DNA of 64,000 nt from Phoronis australis (taxonomy: Eukaryota; Animalia; Phoronida). The notes beneath the pieces were generated by a model. That model saw only the letters and a program-made list of their open reading frames with translations. It had not been told where the DNA came from and did not search any database. How positions within the stretch are numbered: position 1 is the stretch's first letter; each line of letters begins with the position of its first letter. Location: NCBI GenBank assembly GCA_002633005.1, contig NMRA01000119.1:708228-772227 (forward strand), written 5' to 3'. Positions 63,464-64,000 of the stretch are shown in pieces. Made by a program: the position numbers and the translations under genes.

Positions 63464-64000
63464 TTCTCTAAGTCCAGAGTTAACAAAAAGCATTCATAAT
63501 ACACGATAAACTCGCGTCAGTTCGACCTAACTGAACGTGAAATTCGACTCATCTCAAGGCCGAGTGCAGGAACTGGAACAACTAGTTTAGCAAAAGTGAG
63601 AGGTATGCGTGTCGGATGTCTGACTTGTCTGAGTTTTACTGTTGTAATTTGCATACATGATGCAACGTTATTGTTTCTATTGTTTGCATCCGATAACATC
63701 TCCAAGACTCCTAAGACTCGCTGTGTTATCGCCTGTTGTTCTCATATCCGATATGTGCTATGCTCCACAGTGAAAAGAACAGGGTTGTCTGTTTTGTCTT
63801 CATTTTTAAGGAGTCTTGACCTTTGTCCCTCTTTACATTGGCTGACACATGAAAAGTAATTGGACAAAATGCTGTTTTTTCGCCATGACGGCTAATACTG
63901 TAAACATCAAAAGTTACTAGTATTAACTATTAGGGCAGCAAAATACTAAATACAGAATGACTTAGGCACCTTGCTAACTTTCCTATTAATTCCCCTCATT

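Overview
AT-rich, repeat-dense animal (invertebrate) genomic DNA from a draft assembly, with single-N joins at 41664 and 58979 and a 44-N gap at 52355-52398. Two intron-rich genes lie head-to-head. (1) Minus strand: an NR1F nuclear receptor (HR3/ROR). Its first zinc-finger exon is at 11689-11774, a probable ATG exon is 34 kb upstream at 46169-46190, and the rest of the gene lies left of the window. (2) Plus strand: carnosine N-methyltransferase CARNMT1, with seven coding exons from 49587 to 62897 (341 codons, all phases compatible); the last exon is beyond the window. Exon 5 occurs twice across an N join, most likely two haplotypes placed in tandem; the same applies to 40075-43291. The introns contain MITE-like, Helitron/Helentron-like and tRNA-SINE elements plus satellites. 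Most notable: the ROR-CARNMT1 linkage mirrors the human RORB-CARNMT1 neighbourhood; there is a possible shared bidirectional promoter; a perfect DR4 and RORE motifs sit at the HR3 5' end; and CARNMT1 has a phase-compatible candidate microexon. Nearly all listed ORFs are spurious.
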